DNA of 64,000 bases from Alphaproteobacteria bacterium. GTDB lineage: Bacteria > Pseudomonadota > Alphaproteobacteria > Bin95. Below are positions 50,666 to 63,184 of this stretch, in pieces. Both the position numbers and the translations under genes were made by a program. Within the stretch, counting starts at the first letter, position 1; every line of letters starts with the position of its first letter. The DNA is taken from positions 3,296,001 through 3,360,000 of the forward strand of contig CBDBGH010000003.1 of NCBI GenBank assembly GCA_965205265.1, in the 5' to 3' direction. The notes under the pieces are model-generated. The model was given only the letters and a program-made list of their open reading frames with translations, ran no database searches and was not told where the DNA came from.

Positions 50666-52459
50666 ATGGCCTTCCCGCCCGAGTTTCTGGAGCAGCTTCG
50701 CGACCGCGTGTCCTTGGTGGATGTCGTCTCGCGCCATGTGAAATTGCAGCGGCGCGGGCGGGAGTTTGTCGGTCTCTCGCCCTTCAAGCAGGAGCGCACG
50801 CCGTCCTTCACCGTCGTGCCCGACAAGGGTTTCTTCCACTGCTTCTCCAGCGGCGAACACGGCGATGTCATCGGCTTCCTGATGCGCATGGAGGGGCTCT
50901 CCTTCCCCGAGGCGGTGGAGAAGCTCGCCCAGGCGGCCGGGATGGAAGTGCCGCGCGAAAGCCCCGAAGCGGCCGCGCAGGCCCGCAGGCGGCGGGGCCT
51001 TCTCGATGCCGTCGAAGCCGCCGCAGCCTTCTACGAGCGCCAATTGCGCCTGCCGGCGGGCCGGCGGGCGATGAATTATCTGCGCGGCCGCGGGCTCGAC
51101 GACGACACGATCGGTCGCTTCCGGCTCGGCTATGCGCCCGGCGACACAGCGGCGCTCATGCAGGCGCTGAAACGCGGCGGTTTCGAGGCCGATACGCTTG
51201 TCGAAGCCGGGCTCCTCCGCCAGGCCGGGCACGGGGAAGAGCCGCGCGCCTCGCTCCGCAACCGGGTCGTGTTCCCGATCACCGACCGGCGGGGGCTCCC
51301 GATCGCCTTCGGCGGGCGCGCAATGGGCGATGCGCAGCCGAAATACCTCAACACACCGGAAACCCCGGTCTTCCGGAAGGGGGAAGTGCTCTACGGCCTT
51401 GCCCAGGCGCGCGACGCGGCCTGGCGCGCGAAGGAAGTGATTGTCGTCGAGGGCTATATGGACGCCATCGCTCTTTCCCAGGCGGGCTTCGCGCATACCG
51501 TGGCCTCGCTCGGTACCGCCTTCGGGGAGAACCAGCTGCGCGCACTCTGGCGGCTCGTCGATGAGCCGGTTCTCTGTTTCGACGGAGACGAGGCGGGCCA
51601 GCGCGCAGCCCGGCGCGCCGCCGAACGCGCCCTGCCGCTGCTCGCGCCCGGCAAGTCGCTGCGCTTCGCGCGCCTGCCGGACGAACGCGACCCGGACGAC
51701 CTGGTCCGCCAGGACGGGGCGGCGGCGCTGCGCGCAGTGGTCGAACGGGCGCAGTCGCCGGTCGATCTTCTATGGTCGAGCGAGGCGGAGGCGGTGCGCC
51801 CGGATTCGCCCGACCGCCGCGCCCGGTTCAGCCGCAACCTGCTGGCGCTGGCCTCCGGGGTCCGCGACGAAACCGTGCGGCGCTACTACGAAGCCGAAAT
51901 CCTTTCCCGCCTTCGCGAGCGGTTCGGGGTCAATCTGCAACCGCAGCCCGGTCGGCGTCGCTCCCGGCCCTCTGCCCCGGGCGGGGGAAGGGAACGCGGC
52001 GAGGCCCGGATCGCGGGATTGCGCGAACGCCAGGCGAGGGGCGTATTGGCGGCAGCGATCAACCACCCCCAGCTTGCAGTCGAGTTCGACCGGGAAATCG
52101 CCGAACTCGATTGCGCCGGGTCGCTTGACAGGCTTCGACAAGAGATTCTAAGGCTTGCAGCCGACGGAGAGGGGATTGACGCGGGCGACTGGCGGACCCA
52201 TTTCGAGAAGGTCGGCCTTACCGGCGCGGTCGGCGGCGTGTTGTGCGAGGCCGTATACGCTCTTGCGCATTTCGCTCGCCCGAACGCTCCGGCGACGGAG
52301 GCGCGAAAGGGGATGGAGCAGGTCTTCGCGGCATACCGCTCCGCGGCCATTGAGCGTGAGGTGGCGGCAGTGGCCGAAACCGGCACCGAAGAATCGCTGG
52401 AACGCATGCCGGCGCTGGTGATGGAGGCCCGCAGGTCGCGCGCCCAGGACGGGACCTAG
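50666..52459 (+). CDS. dnaG: DNA primase
   Basis: FGGR, KYLNTPET, VEGYMD, FDGDEAG, DPDD (TOPRIM). Confidence 0.96.
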   Translation: MAFPPEFLEQLRDRVSLVDVVSRHVKLQRRGREFVGLSPFKQERTPSFTVVPDKGFFHCFSSGEHGDVIGFLMRMEGLSFPEAVEKLAQAAGMEVPRESPEAAAQARRRRGLLDAVEAAAAFYERQLRLPAGRRAMNYLRGRGLDDDTIGRFRLGYAPGDTAALMQALKRGGFEADTLVEAGLLRQAGHGEEPRASLRNRVVFPITDRRGLPIAFGGRAMGDAQPKYLNTPETPVFRKGEVLYGLAQARDAAWRAKEVIVVEGYMDAIALSQAGFAHTVASLGTAFGENQLRALWRLVDEPVLCFDGDEAGQRAARRAAERALPLLAPGKSLRFARLPDERDPDDLVRQDGAAALRAVVERAQSPVDLLWSSEAEAVRPDSPDRRARFSRNLLALASGVRDETVRRYYEAEILSRLRERFGVNLQPQPGRRRSRPSAPGGGRERGEARIAGLRERQARGVLAAAINHPQLAVEFDREIAELDCAGSLDRLRQEILRLAADGEGIDAGDWRTHFEKVGLTGAVGGVLCEAVYALAHFARPNAPATEARKGMEQVFAAYRSAAIEREVAAVAETGTEESLERMPALVMEARRSRAQDGT

Positions 52460-52489
52460 AAGAAGCGAAAATCGGGGACGGATTGAAGC

Positions 52490-54424
<1,935 letters not shown>

Positions 54425-54491
54425 CCGGGAACGCTGCCCGGCGTCCTCAATCCACGGCGCCGGGTCTTCGCCGGGTTCGGGCGGGCCCGCC

Positions 54492-55661
54492 TCAGTAGCT
54501 CTTCGGCAGGTCGAGTTCCTTCTCGGCGATGAAGGAGAGCGCAAGCTGCCAGCTTACGGGCGCGATCCGGGCGATCCAGATCTCCCGGAGCCAGCGTTCC
54601 ACATGGTATTCCTTGGCGTATCCCATGCCGCCATGGGTCAGGATGGCGCGCTCGCAGGCTTCGTGCCCCACTTCCGCCGCCAGGTATTTCGCGGCGTTGG
54701 CCTGCGGCCCGCAGGCTTCGCCCCGGTCATACATCCACGCCGCCTTGTAAACGAGCAGTTCGGCCGCCTCCAGCTTCGCCCAGCTTTCCGCCAGCGGATG
54801 CTGGATCGACTGGTTTTGTCCGATCGGCCGGTTGAAGACATGGCGCTCGCGCGCATAGTCCGCCGCGCGGTTCAATGCACAACGGCCGATGCCGACCGCT
54901 TCGGCGGCGACGAGGATGCGCTCCGGGTTCAGGCCGTCCAGCAGGTAGTAGAAGCCCCGGCCTTCTTCGCCGATCCGATCTTCCGCCGGCACCGGCAGGC
55001 CGTCCAGGAACAGCGAATTCGAATCGACCGCCGACCGGCCCATCTTCGGAATTTCCGTCGGCGTGAGATAGCGCCGGTCAAAATCCGTATAGAACAGCGT
55101 CAGCCCGTCAAAGGCGCGCTGGCACTGCTCCCGTGGCGTGGTGCGCGCGATCAGCAGCATCTTGTCGGCCACCTGCGCCGTCGAAGTCCACAGCTTCTGC
55201 CCGTGGACGACGTAACCGCCCTTGCCGTCCGGCTCCGCCCGCGTCTTCAGGCTGGAGGTGTTGAGGCCGGAATCCGGCTCGGTCACCGCGAAGCAGGCCT
55301 TCTTCTCGCCCGCGATCAGTTCCGGCAGCATGCGCCGGCACTGCTCGTCTGTTCCGTGCTTGACGATCGGATGGGGGCCGAAAATGTTGAGATGGATCGC
55401 GGAGCAGCCGCTCATCCCGGCGCCGGACTGGGCCACCGCCTGCATCAGGATCGTGGCCTCGACGATACCGAGCCCGGAACCGCCGAAGTCCTCCGGCATG
55501 GCGATGCCGAGCCACCCGCCTTCGGCCATGGCCCGGTGAAAATCGTGCGGGAAGGCGCCCTCGGTGTCGCATTCGCGCCAGTAGTCGAGGTCGAAGCGCG
55601 CGCAAAGGCGCTCCACCGCCTCGCGCATCTGCTCGTGCTGTTCGCTCCATTCGAATTGCAT
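54492..55661 (-). CDS. Acyl-CoA dehydrogenase
   Basis: [36 protein letters not shown]. Confidence 0.93.
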   Translation of the reverse strand: MQFEWSEQHEQMREAVERLCARFDLDYWRECDTEGAFPHDFHRAMAEGGWLGIAMPEDFGGSGLGIVEATILMQAVAQSGAGMSGCSAIHLNIFGPHPIVKHGTDEQCRRMLPELIAGEKKACFAVTEPDSGLNTSSLKTRAEPDGKGGYVVHGQKLWTSTAQVADKMLLIARTTPREQCQRAFDGLTLFYTDFDRRYLTPTEIPKMGRSAVDSNSLFLDGLPVPAEDRIGEEGRGFYYLLDGLNPERILVAAEAVGIGRCALNRAADYARERHVFNRPIGQNQSIQHPLAESWAKLEAAELLVYKAAWMYDRGEACGPQANAAKYLAAEVGHEACERAILTHGGMGYAKEYHVERWLREIWIARIAPVSWQLALSFIAEKELDLPKSY

Positions 55662-55815
55662 GGCACCGCCCCTGTCCGCCTCTCGTCCGGCCGCTGCTAT
55701 ACCCATTCTCCCGGGGCGCGGCAACGAGGGCGCCAGCCCGCGGCTCTCGCCAAACCGGCCCCGGCGGTGCTAAACAGCCGTTCGTATCCGAGCTGTCCCC
55801 CAGAGTCCCTGTCCC

Positions 55816-56319
55816 ATGTTCCTCAGAACCCTGATCCTGCTCATTCTGGCCGCAGCCGCGCAGCCCGCGGCCGCCCAGGTCGTCCAGGGCGAGACGTCCG
55901 GCGACTGGACGAAAGGCTGCCTCCAGCCGCGCAAGGACAGGCCGAACGCCCCGGAGCAGTGCTTTGTCTTCCAACGCCTCTTCCCTCCGGGCTCCGAGCA
56001 GGCGGCAGCCACGGTCGCAGTCGGGCGTCCGGGGCCCGGCAAACCGTTGCTGGCGTCACTGACAGTCCCGCTCGGGGTCAACCTGCCCCAGGGAATCACG
56101 GTCTGGGTCGAGGGCGATGAAAAAGCCGTCCGGCGGCCGCCGCTGTTGTTCTGCGTCAATGCCGGCTGCGAGGCGAACATGCGGATGGACGACGTGATGA
56201 TGAAGGCATTCAAGCTGCATCTGAACGCCGCGCTGTCCTTCACCATGGTGGATGGCCGGCAGGTCACCCTTCCGATCTCGCTGCGCGGCTTCACGCACGC
56301 GCTCACCTTCCTCGAGTGA
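55816..56319 (+). CDS. Invasion-associated locus B (IalB) family protein
   Basis: Signal peptide; GDWTKGC...C, VPLGVNL, C...GC, ISLRGFT. Confidence 0.85.
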   Translation: MFLRTLILLILAAAAQPAAAQVVQGETSGDWTKGCLQPRKDRPNAPEQCFVFQRLFPPGSEQAAATVAVGRPGPGKPLLASLTVPLGVNLPQGITVWVEGDEKAVRRPPLLFCVNAGCEANMRMDDVMMKAFKLHLNAALSFTMVDGRQVTLPISLRGFTHALTFLE

Positions 56320-57398
56320 AGCCCGCCGGCATCCTGCCCTCGCAGCTCCTGCGCAAAGCGGTCGAGGCCGGCGCGCTCACCGCCTCCAGACCTGTCCTGG
56401 AAGACCAGATTCAGCCGGCGAGCCTGGACCTCCGGCTGGGCCGGCGCGCCTGGCGGGTCCGGGCGAGCTTCCTGCCGGACCCGGACGGCGCGCTGGCCGG
56501 ACGCATCGGCCGCCACGCCATGCATGAGATCGATCTCGCTGGGGGCGCAGTGCTGGAACGCGGCTGCGTCTATATCGCCGAACTCATGGAGCGGGCGGCG
56601 CTCGACGCCGGCACGGCGGCCGTTGCCAATCCGAAGAGCTCCACCGGACGCCTCGACGTGTTTGCGCGACTGATCGCCGACCGCGTGCCGGAATTCGACC
56701 GGCTGCCTGCCGGCTACGAGGGGCGGCTCTATGTGGAACTCGCGCCGCGCACTTTCTCCATCCTCGTCCGCGAAGGCGCGCGCCTGGTGCAGCTCCGCCT
56801 GCGAAGGGGGACGCAGGCGGGCGACGACCCCGCGTTGCGCGACCTGCATGCGCGCGATGCGCTGGTGAACCGCGAAGCCGTCATCGACGACGGGCTCGTG
56901 CTCACGGTTGACACCCAGGGACAGGGCGGCGTCATCGCCTGGAAGGCCCGCGCCCACACCGGACTCGTCGATGTCGAGCGCATCGGCCATTACGAACCCG
57001 AGGAGTTCTGGGAGCCGGTCACCGCCCGGCCCGGCCGCGGCATTGTGCTCAATCCGGACGACTTCTACATCCTCGCATCGAAGGAGACCGTCGCGATTCC
57101 CCCCGACCATGCGGCCGAAATGCGCCCTTACGACACTCGCGTCGGCGAGTTCCGCGTCCATTATGCCGGTTTCTTCGACCCCGGTTTCGGTTACGGCGCC
57201 GGCAGCCGGGCGGTGCTGGAGGTACGCGCCCATGATGTGCCCTTCGTCGTCGAGGACGGCCAGCCGGTCGGGCGGTTGATCTACGAGGCGATGCTGGAGA
57301 CCCCGGACAAGATTTACGGCGGCGGCATCGGCTCCACCTACCAGGCGCAGGGCCTGCGCCTCGGCAAGCAGTTCCGCCAGCCGGAAGGCGGCGGATAG
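56316..57398 (+). CDS. dcd: dCTP deaminase (alphaproteobacterial long form)
   Basis: [50 protein letters not shown]. Confidence 0.92.
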   Translation: MKPAGILPSQLLRKAVEAGALTASRPVLEDQIQPASLDLRLGRRAWRVRASFLPDPDGALAGRIGRHAMHEIDLAGGAVLERGCVYIAELMERAALDAGTAAVANPKSSTGRLDVFARLIADRVPEFDRLPAGYEGRLYVELAPRTFSILVREGARLVQLRLRRGTQAGDDPALRDLHARDALVNREAVIDDGLVLTVDTQGQGGVIAWKARAHTGLVDVERIGHYEPEEFWEPVTARPGRGIVLNPDDFYILASKETVAIPPDHAAEMRPYDTRVGEFRVHYAGFFDPGFGYGAGSRAVLEVRAHDVPFVVEDGQPVGRLIYEAMLETPDKIYGGGIGSTYQAQGLRLGKQFRQPEGGG

Positions 57399-57466
57399 GG
57401 TCTGGAAAAAACCGCCCGAGGGCGCGACTATCGGGCAGACCCGGAGACGAGCGGGAGACGACGGCG

Positions 57467-59413
57467 ATGAGCGAGCGGACGATTTTTCCGGTGACGGCCG
57501 GCGCATCCAGAGGCGCGCATGTGGATGCGGCGGCCTATGAGGCGATGTACCGCCGGTCGGTGGAAGATCCGGAAGGCTTCTGGGCGGAACAGGCCGGGAG
57601 GCTCGACTGGATAAGGCCCTTCACAAAGGTGAAAGACGTTTCCTGGGCGAAGGACGACCTGCATATCCGCTGGTTCGAGGACGGCACGCTCAACGCCTCC
57701 GCCAATTGCCTCGACCGCCATCTCGCCCGGCGCGGGGAGCAGACGGCGATCATCTGGGAAGGCGACGACCCGGACCTGTCCGAGCACATCACCTATCGCG
57801 ACCTGCATGAGCGGGTGTGCAAATTCGCCAATGTGCTGAAGGCGCGGGGGGTGAAGCGGGGCGACAGGGTGACGATCTACCTGCCCATGATCCCGGAAAT
57901 CGCCGTCGCGGTGCTTGCCTGCGCGCGCATCGGCGCGATCCACTCGGTGGTCTTCGGCGGCTTCTCGCCGGACGCTCTCGCCGGGCGCATCACCGACTGC
58001 GCCTCGACCGTGGTCGTCACGGCCGACGAGGGGCTGCGCGGCGGGCGCAGAGTGCCGCTCAAGGCCAATACCGACGCCGCGCTCGCGTCCTGCCCGGACT
58101 GCACGACCTGCATCGTGGTCCGCCGCACCGGCGGCGGGATCGGCTGGGTGGACGGCCGCGACTACTGGTACGAGGACGAGATGGCGGGCGCATCGGCCGA
58201 CTGCCCGCCGGAGGAGATGGGCGCGGAGGACCCGCTCTTCATCCTCTACACCTCGGGTTCCACCGGCAAGCCGAAGGGCGTGCTGCACACGACCGGCGGA
58301 TACCTCACCTTCGCCGCCATGACGCACGAACTCACCTTCGACTATCGCGACGGCGAAGTGTTCTGGTGCACCGCCGATGTCGGCTGGGTCACGGGCCACA
58401 GCTACATTCTCTACGGGCCCCTCGCCAACGGCGCGGTGACGTTGATGTTCGAAGGCGTGCCGAACTACCCGGACAGCTCGCGCTTCTGGCAGGTGTGCGA
58501 CAAACACAATGTCTCGATCTTCTATACCGCGCCTACGGCCATCCGGGCGCTGATGCGCGAGGGCGACGAGCCCGTGAAGGCGACCTCGCGCAAGAGCCTG
58601 CGCATCCTCGGCACGGTCGGCGAGCCGATCAATCCGGAAGCCTGGCTCTGGTATTACGACGTGGTGGGCGATGGGCGCTGCCCGATCGTGGATACCTGGT
58701 GGCAGACCGAGACCGGCGGCCACCTGATAACGCCGCTGCCGGGCGCAACCGACCTCAAGCCCGGTTCCGCCACCAGGCCCTTCTTCGGCGTGCAGCCCGC
58801 GCTCGTGGACAATGAAGGCGCGCTGCTTGAAGGCGCCGTCTCCGGCAATCTCGTCATCCTCGACAGCTGGCCCGGCCAGATGCGCACGGTCTATGGCGAT
58901 CACCAGCGCTTCATCGACACCTATTTCTCCACCTATGAGGGCATGTATTTCACCGGGGACGGCGCGGTCCGGGACGAGGACGGCTATTTCTGGATCACCG
59001 GGCGGGTGGACGATGTCATCAACGTTTCCGGCCACCGCATGGGCACCGCGGAGGTGGAGAGCGCGCTGGTGGCGCACGAAAAGGTGGCCGAAGCCGCCGT
59101 GGTCGGCTACCCGCACGACATCAAGGGCCAGGGTATCTACGCCTATGTGACGCTCAATCTCGGCGAGGAGCCTTCCGACGACCTCAATGCCGAGCTGGTG
59201 CGCTGGGTGCGCTCGGAGATCGGCCCGATCGCCACGCCGGACCTGATCCAGTGGGCGCCGGGACTGCCCAAGACGCGCTCCGGCAAGATCATGCGGCGTA
59301 TCCTGCGCAAGATCGCGGAGGACGATTTCGGCAATCTCGGCGACACCTCGACGCTCGCCGAACCGGCCGTGGTGGACGACCTGGTCCAGAATCGGCGCAA
59401 CCGGCGCGACTGA
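57467..59413 (+). CDS. acs: Acetyl-CoA synthetase
   Basis: [33 protein letters not shown]. Confidence 0.97.
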   Translation: MSERTIFPVTAGASRGAHVDAAAYEAMYRRSVEDPEGFWAEQAGRLDWIRPFTKVKDVSWAKDDLHIRWFEDGTLNASANCLDRHLARRGEQTAIIWEGDDPDLSEHITYRDLHERVCKFANVLKARGVKRGDRVTIYLPMIPEIAVAVLACARIGAIHSVVFGGFSPDALAGRITDCASTVVVTADEGLRGGRRVPLKANTDAALASCPDCTTCIVVRRTGGGIGWVDGRDYWYEDEMAGASADCPPEEMGAEDPLFILYTSGSTGKPKGVLHTTGGYLTFAAMTHELTFDYRDGEVFWCTADVGWVTGHSYILYGPLANGAVTLMFEGVPNYPDSSRFWQVCDKHNVSIFYTAPTAIRALMREGDEPVKATSRKSLRILGTVGEPINPEAWLWYYDVVGDGRCPIVDTWWQTETGGHLITPLPGATDLKPGSATRPFFGVQPALVDNEGALLEGAVSGNLVILDSWPGQMRTVYGDHQRFIDTYFSTYEGMYFTGDGAVRDEDGYFWITGRVDDVINVSGHRMGTAEVESALVAHEKVAEAAVVGYPHDIKGQGIYAYVTLNLGEEPSDDLNAELVRWVRSEIGPIATPDLIQWAPGLPKTRSGKIMRRILRKIAEDDFGNLGDTSTLAEPAVVDDLVQNRRNRRD

Positions 59414-59436
59414 CCGGCAAAGGGAGACTGCGCGTC

Positions 59437-60723
59437 ATGCTTCGGGACCGCTACGGCCTCGTCCTTTCGACGGAGTCGGCGGCGGCGCGCGACGCCTATG
59501 TCGAGGCGATGGACCTGTTCCTCGGCGCCAATGCGGGCGCCGAGCAGGGGTTTGCGCGCGCCGCTCTGGAAGACCCTTCCTTCGCGCTCGCCCATGCCGG
59601 GCAGGCGCGGGCGCTGCAAATGCGGGGGCGGGGGCGTGAGGCGGCGGACGCGATGGGCGCGGCGCGCGCTGCCGCAATCGGGTGCTCTGCCAGGGAGGCC
59701 GGCCATCTGAACGCGCTCGGCCTCCTGATCGACGGCGACGGGCCGGGCGCCTATGCCGCAATCCTCGCCCATCTGAGGGAATGGCCGCTGGACGCGATGA
59801 TCGCCCAGCCCTGCTGCGGCGTGTTCGGGCTGATCGGCTTCAGCGGCCGGGCGGGGCGCGAGGCTGAGCAACTGGCCTTCACCGACCGGCTGGCGCCGCA
59901 TTACGGCGATGACTGGTGGTTCCTCGCCCAGCACGGCTTCTCGCAGGTGGAAGCCGGCCAGGTGGCGGAGGCCGAGCGCCTGCTGGAACGGGCGCTTGCC
60001 GGCAATCCCCGCAACGCCAATGCCGCGCATATCCGTGCGCATGTCCACTACGAGGCCGGGGAATTCGAGGAGGGGCTCGCGCGGCTCGACACCTGGCGGC
60101 AGGACTACGACCCGGAGGCGCAGCTTTCCTGCCATATCGCCTGGCATGTAGCGATCTGGCGGGCCGCAGAGGGCGATATGGACGAGGCCTGGCGGGTTTT
60201 CGAGGCCGATGTCGCGCCGGGCGGCGCTTGGGGGCCGCCGATCAATGTGCTGACCGACAGCGCCGCCTTCGTGCTGCGCGCAGAGCTCGCGGGCGGAGCC
60301 GCGCCCGACGGCACCTGGGAGCGGCTCAGCGACTATGCCGGCGAGTTCTTCCCGAATCCCGGCATCGCGTTCGCCGACATTCACGCCGCGTTGGCGCATG
60401 CCATGGCCGGGCGCGGCGGCGCCCTGATGCGCATCGTCGAGGCCGCCGCCGGACCTGCGGGCGACATGGTATCGGGGCTGGCCGAGGCCCTTGGCGCCTA
60501 TGCCCGGAGCGACTGGGAAGGCGCGGTCTCGCGACTGGCCCCCTGGATGGCGACGCATGAACGCATCGGCGGCAGCCGCGCTCAACGCGACCTGCTCGAA
60601 TTCGCGCTCATCGGCGCGCTGCTGCGCAGCGGCCGGACCGAAGAGGCCCGCCGCCTTCTTGTCCTCCGCCGCCCCGTCCACGCCCCGGCCCCGCCGCTTG
60701 CCGCCCTGCGCATGGCAGCCTGA
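59437..60723 (+). CDS. TPR protein (TTC38-like)
   Basis: GLIGFSGR, NANAAHIRAHVHYE, HIAWH, RIGGSRAQRDL. Confidence 0.82.
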   Translation: MLRDRYGLVLSTESAAARDAYVEAMDLFLGANAGAEQGFARAALEDPSFALAHAGQARALQMRGRGREAADAMGAARAAAIGCSAREAGHLNALGLLIDGDGPGAYAAILAHLREWPLDAMIAQPCCGVFGLIGFSGRAGREAEQLAFTDRLAPHYGDDWWFLAQHGFSQVEAGQVAEAERLLERALAGNPRNANAAHIRAHVHYEAGEFEEGLARLDTWRQDYDPEAQLSCHIAWHVAIWRAAEGDMDEAWRVFEADVAPGGAWGPPINVLTDSAAFVLRAELAGGAAPDGTWERLSDYAGEFFPNPGIAFADIHAALAHAMAGRGGALMRIVEAAAGPAGDMVSGLAEALGAYARSDWEGAVSRLAPWMATHERIGGSRAQRDLLEFALIGALLRSGRTEEARRLLVLRRPVHAPAPPLAALRMAA

Positions 60724-60891
60724 AATTCCGAAGCCTCGCGTCCGGCCGGACCGGGTGGAAAAGGCGCGATTACCGACAGTCCTTTTCGCAAACGACGCCC
60801 GGAACAGGGCAAGGCGTTGCATTTGTTGGGCCTATTCCGATTTTATATATTGGAAGTCTAAATGCTTTGGTAAATCAAAATGGGTCGAAAC

Positions 60892-61779
60892 ATGATCGAT
60901 ATCGATACCAAGCTCTTCCGTTCTTTCCTCTGTGTCGCCGCAGAGCAGAGCTTCTCGACGGCTGCCCGACGGCTGGAGTACTCCCAGGCGACCATGTCGC
61001 TGCACATACGCGCGCTGGAAGAAAAACTCGGCGTCCGCCTGTTTCGCCGAAGTCCCCACAATGTGACGCTGACGGCCGAGGGACACCGGTTGCTGCCGGA
61101 AATCCGGGCGTTGGTGGACATGCATGACGGGATGGTCGGACGGCTGCAGTCGGGGCCCGTTTACGGCCAGGTCCGCCTTGGTGTCGAACAGGCCTGCGCC
61201 GTCTCGATTCTGCCCGGGCTTCTGAACTATGCGGTCGAGGAGCTCCCATCGATGGATCTGGATGTCCGGTGCCAGCCAAGCGAACGCCTTGGACAAATGA
61301 TTGAGGCGCGCCTGCTGGACCTCGCCATCGTCTTCCTGCAGCGCGAAGAGCCCTCGGCCCTGGTTCTGGGACAACCGCAACTGCACTGGGTCGCATCTCC
61401 CGATTTCCAGCTTGATGGCGAGGCGCCCGTTCCGGTGGCCTGGGGCGAGAAGGACAGCTCCTTCCGAGCCGCGGGAATTGCCGAACTGAGTCGCCATGGA
61501 GTCGCAAGCCGGGAGATTTTTCGGAGTTCCGACGAGCAAGCCGTGAAGGTCGCCGTTGAAACCGGAGTAGCCGTCACCGTCATGGCCGAAGGAACCATTC
61601 CGGACACGCTCGAGGTACTCCGCCCGCGCGCAAACCTTCCGCCGCTCGGCAAGACCTTCATCCAGCTGCTGGAGAGGCCGGGGCCGCACTCCGAAGCGAC
61701 CGAAACGGTCAAACGGAAGATTGTCGATACCTACCGGGAGCCGGCCACCCGGATTCCCCTGATGGCGGATGCGGTATAA
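60892..61779 (+). CDS. LysR-family transcriptional regulator
   Basis: SFSTAARRLEYSQATMSLHIRALEEKLGVRLFRR..V.LTAEG. Confidence 0.93.
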   Translation: MIDIDTKLFRSFLCVAAEQSFSTAARRLEYSQATMSLHIRALEEKLGVRLFRRSPHNVTLTAEGHRLLPEIRALVDMHDGMVGRLQSGPVYGQVRLGVEQACAVSILPGLLNYAVEELPSMDLDVRCQPSERLGQMIEARLLDLAIVFLQREEPSALVLGQPQLHWVASPDFQLDGEAPVPVAWGEKDSSFRAAGIAELSRHGVASREIFRSSDEQAVKVAVETGVAVTVMAEGTIPDTLEVLRPRANLPPLGKTFIQLLERPGPHSEATETVKRKIVDTYREPATRIPLMADAV

Positions 61780-61858
61780 CGCCACCGTCAACGCAAGACG
61801 CCGCCTGAATTTCCCGGGTCGATCCGGCGTTCCCGCAGGAAACCCGAGGCAGTGCCTG

Positions 61859-63151
61859 CTATTGCCGGCCCCGCCGGCCCGCACACTCCGTCAACGCCCG
61901 GTCGAGAATATCCATGGCAGTGTCGATCTGCCCGCGCGTCACGGTGAGCGGCGGCGCGATCCGGAAGATATGCGCGCTTGCCTGCCGGGCGATGTTGAGG
62001 CTCGCGCCGAGTTCGATGCAGCGCCGCCCGACTTCGTGGCCCAATCGGTTCGCGGGCGTCTTGCCGTGCCGGTCCTCGACCAGTTCCATGCCGAGCAGCA
62101 GCCCACGGCCGCGCACGTCGCCGATGCACTCATGGCGCTGCTGGAGGTCGAGCAGGACGGCCTTCATATAGGCTCCGAGGTCCCGGGCGCGCTCCTCGAG
62201 CCGGTCGCGGACCAGGATCTCCACCACCTTGGCTCCGACCGCCGCCGGCAGCGGGTCGGCTGTATGGGTGGTGTAGAACAGGAAGTCGTTTTCGTAGCAC
62301 GTCTGTTCCAGCGCGGCCGAAGCCACCGTCGCGGAGAGCGGCAGGCCCGCGCCCAGCGTCTTGGAGAGCGTCAGGATGTCGGGGACGACGCCTTCATGCT
62401 CGAAGGCGAAGCGAGCGCCCGTGCGCCCGAGGCCCGTCTGCGCCTCGTCGTAGATGAGCAGCATGCCGCGTGCCCGGCAGTGTTCGGCGAGCGCGGTCGG
62501 ATAGCCGTCCGGAAGCTCGATGACGCCGCCCGAACTCAGCACTGGCTCCAGGATCATGGCGGCGAGGCTGCCGGTCGTCTGCCGGTCCACCATCTCGAAG
62601 CCCCAGTCGAGCTCCGCGCGCCAGTCATAGTCCCCGTTGGACGCGAAGGGCGAGCGGTAGGCATAAGGCGTCGGCAGCGCCAGCACGCCGGGCACCGGCG
62701 CCCCGTAACCCCGCCGCGCCCCGTTGAAGGTCGCCGATCCGGCGCCGCCGGTGATTCCGTGCCAGGACCGGTCGAAGGCGACGATCTCGTAGCGGCCCGT
62801 GGCGAGCTTCGCCATCTTGAGCGCCGCCTCGTTGGACTCGCCACCCGTGCTGAGCGGCAGCACCTTGGAGAGCTTGTCCGGCAGCAGATCGCTCAGCGCC
62901 CTCGAAAACTCGATAACCGGGTCGGAAAGGAAGCTGCTGTGGACATGGTCCAGGCGCTCGATCCCGTCTCTTACCGCCGCAGCGATCTCCGGATGCGCAT
63001 GGCCGAGAATCGAGCTCATCTGCCCGGAGGTGAAATCGAGGATCTCGCGCCCCTCGCGGTCGCGGATTACGGCCCCGCCGGCACTGGCGATGATCGTGTC
63101 CGAGAACTCATGCGTGTAGCGGAAGATATGCTCGGTTCCGGGCATGGACAT
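61859..63151 (-). CDS. Class III PLP aminotransferase, 2,2-dialkylglycine decarboxylase-like
   Basis: DFTSGQMSSILGH, STGGESNEAA, SWHG, DEAQTG, SKTLGAG. Confidence 0.88.
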   Translation of the reverse strand: MSMPGTEHIFRYTHEFSDTIIASAGGAVIRDREGREILDFTSGQMSSILGHAHPEIAAAVRDGIERLDHVHSSFLSDPVIEFSRALSDLLPDKLSKVLPLSTGGESNEAALKMAKLATGRYEIVAFDRSWHGITGGAGSATFNGARRGYGAPVPGVLALPTPYAYRSPFASNGDYDWRAELDWGFEMVDRQTTGSLAAMILEPVLSSGGVIELPDGYPTALAEHCRARGMLLIYDEAQTGLGRTGARFAFEHEGVVPDILTLSKTLGAGLPLSATVASAALEQTCYENDFLFYTTHTADPLPAAVGAKVVEILVRDRLEERARDLGAYMKAVLLDLQQRHECIGDVRGRGLLLGMELVEDRHGKTPANRLGHEVGRRCIELGASLNIARQASAHIFRIAPPLTVTRGQIDTAMDILDRALTECAGRRGRQ

Positions 63152-63184
63152 CGCCAGCGCCTCCTTGTCTGCTGCTCCGCAGCC

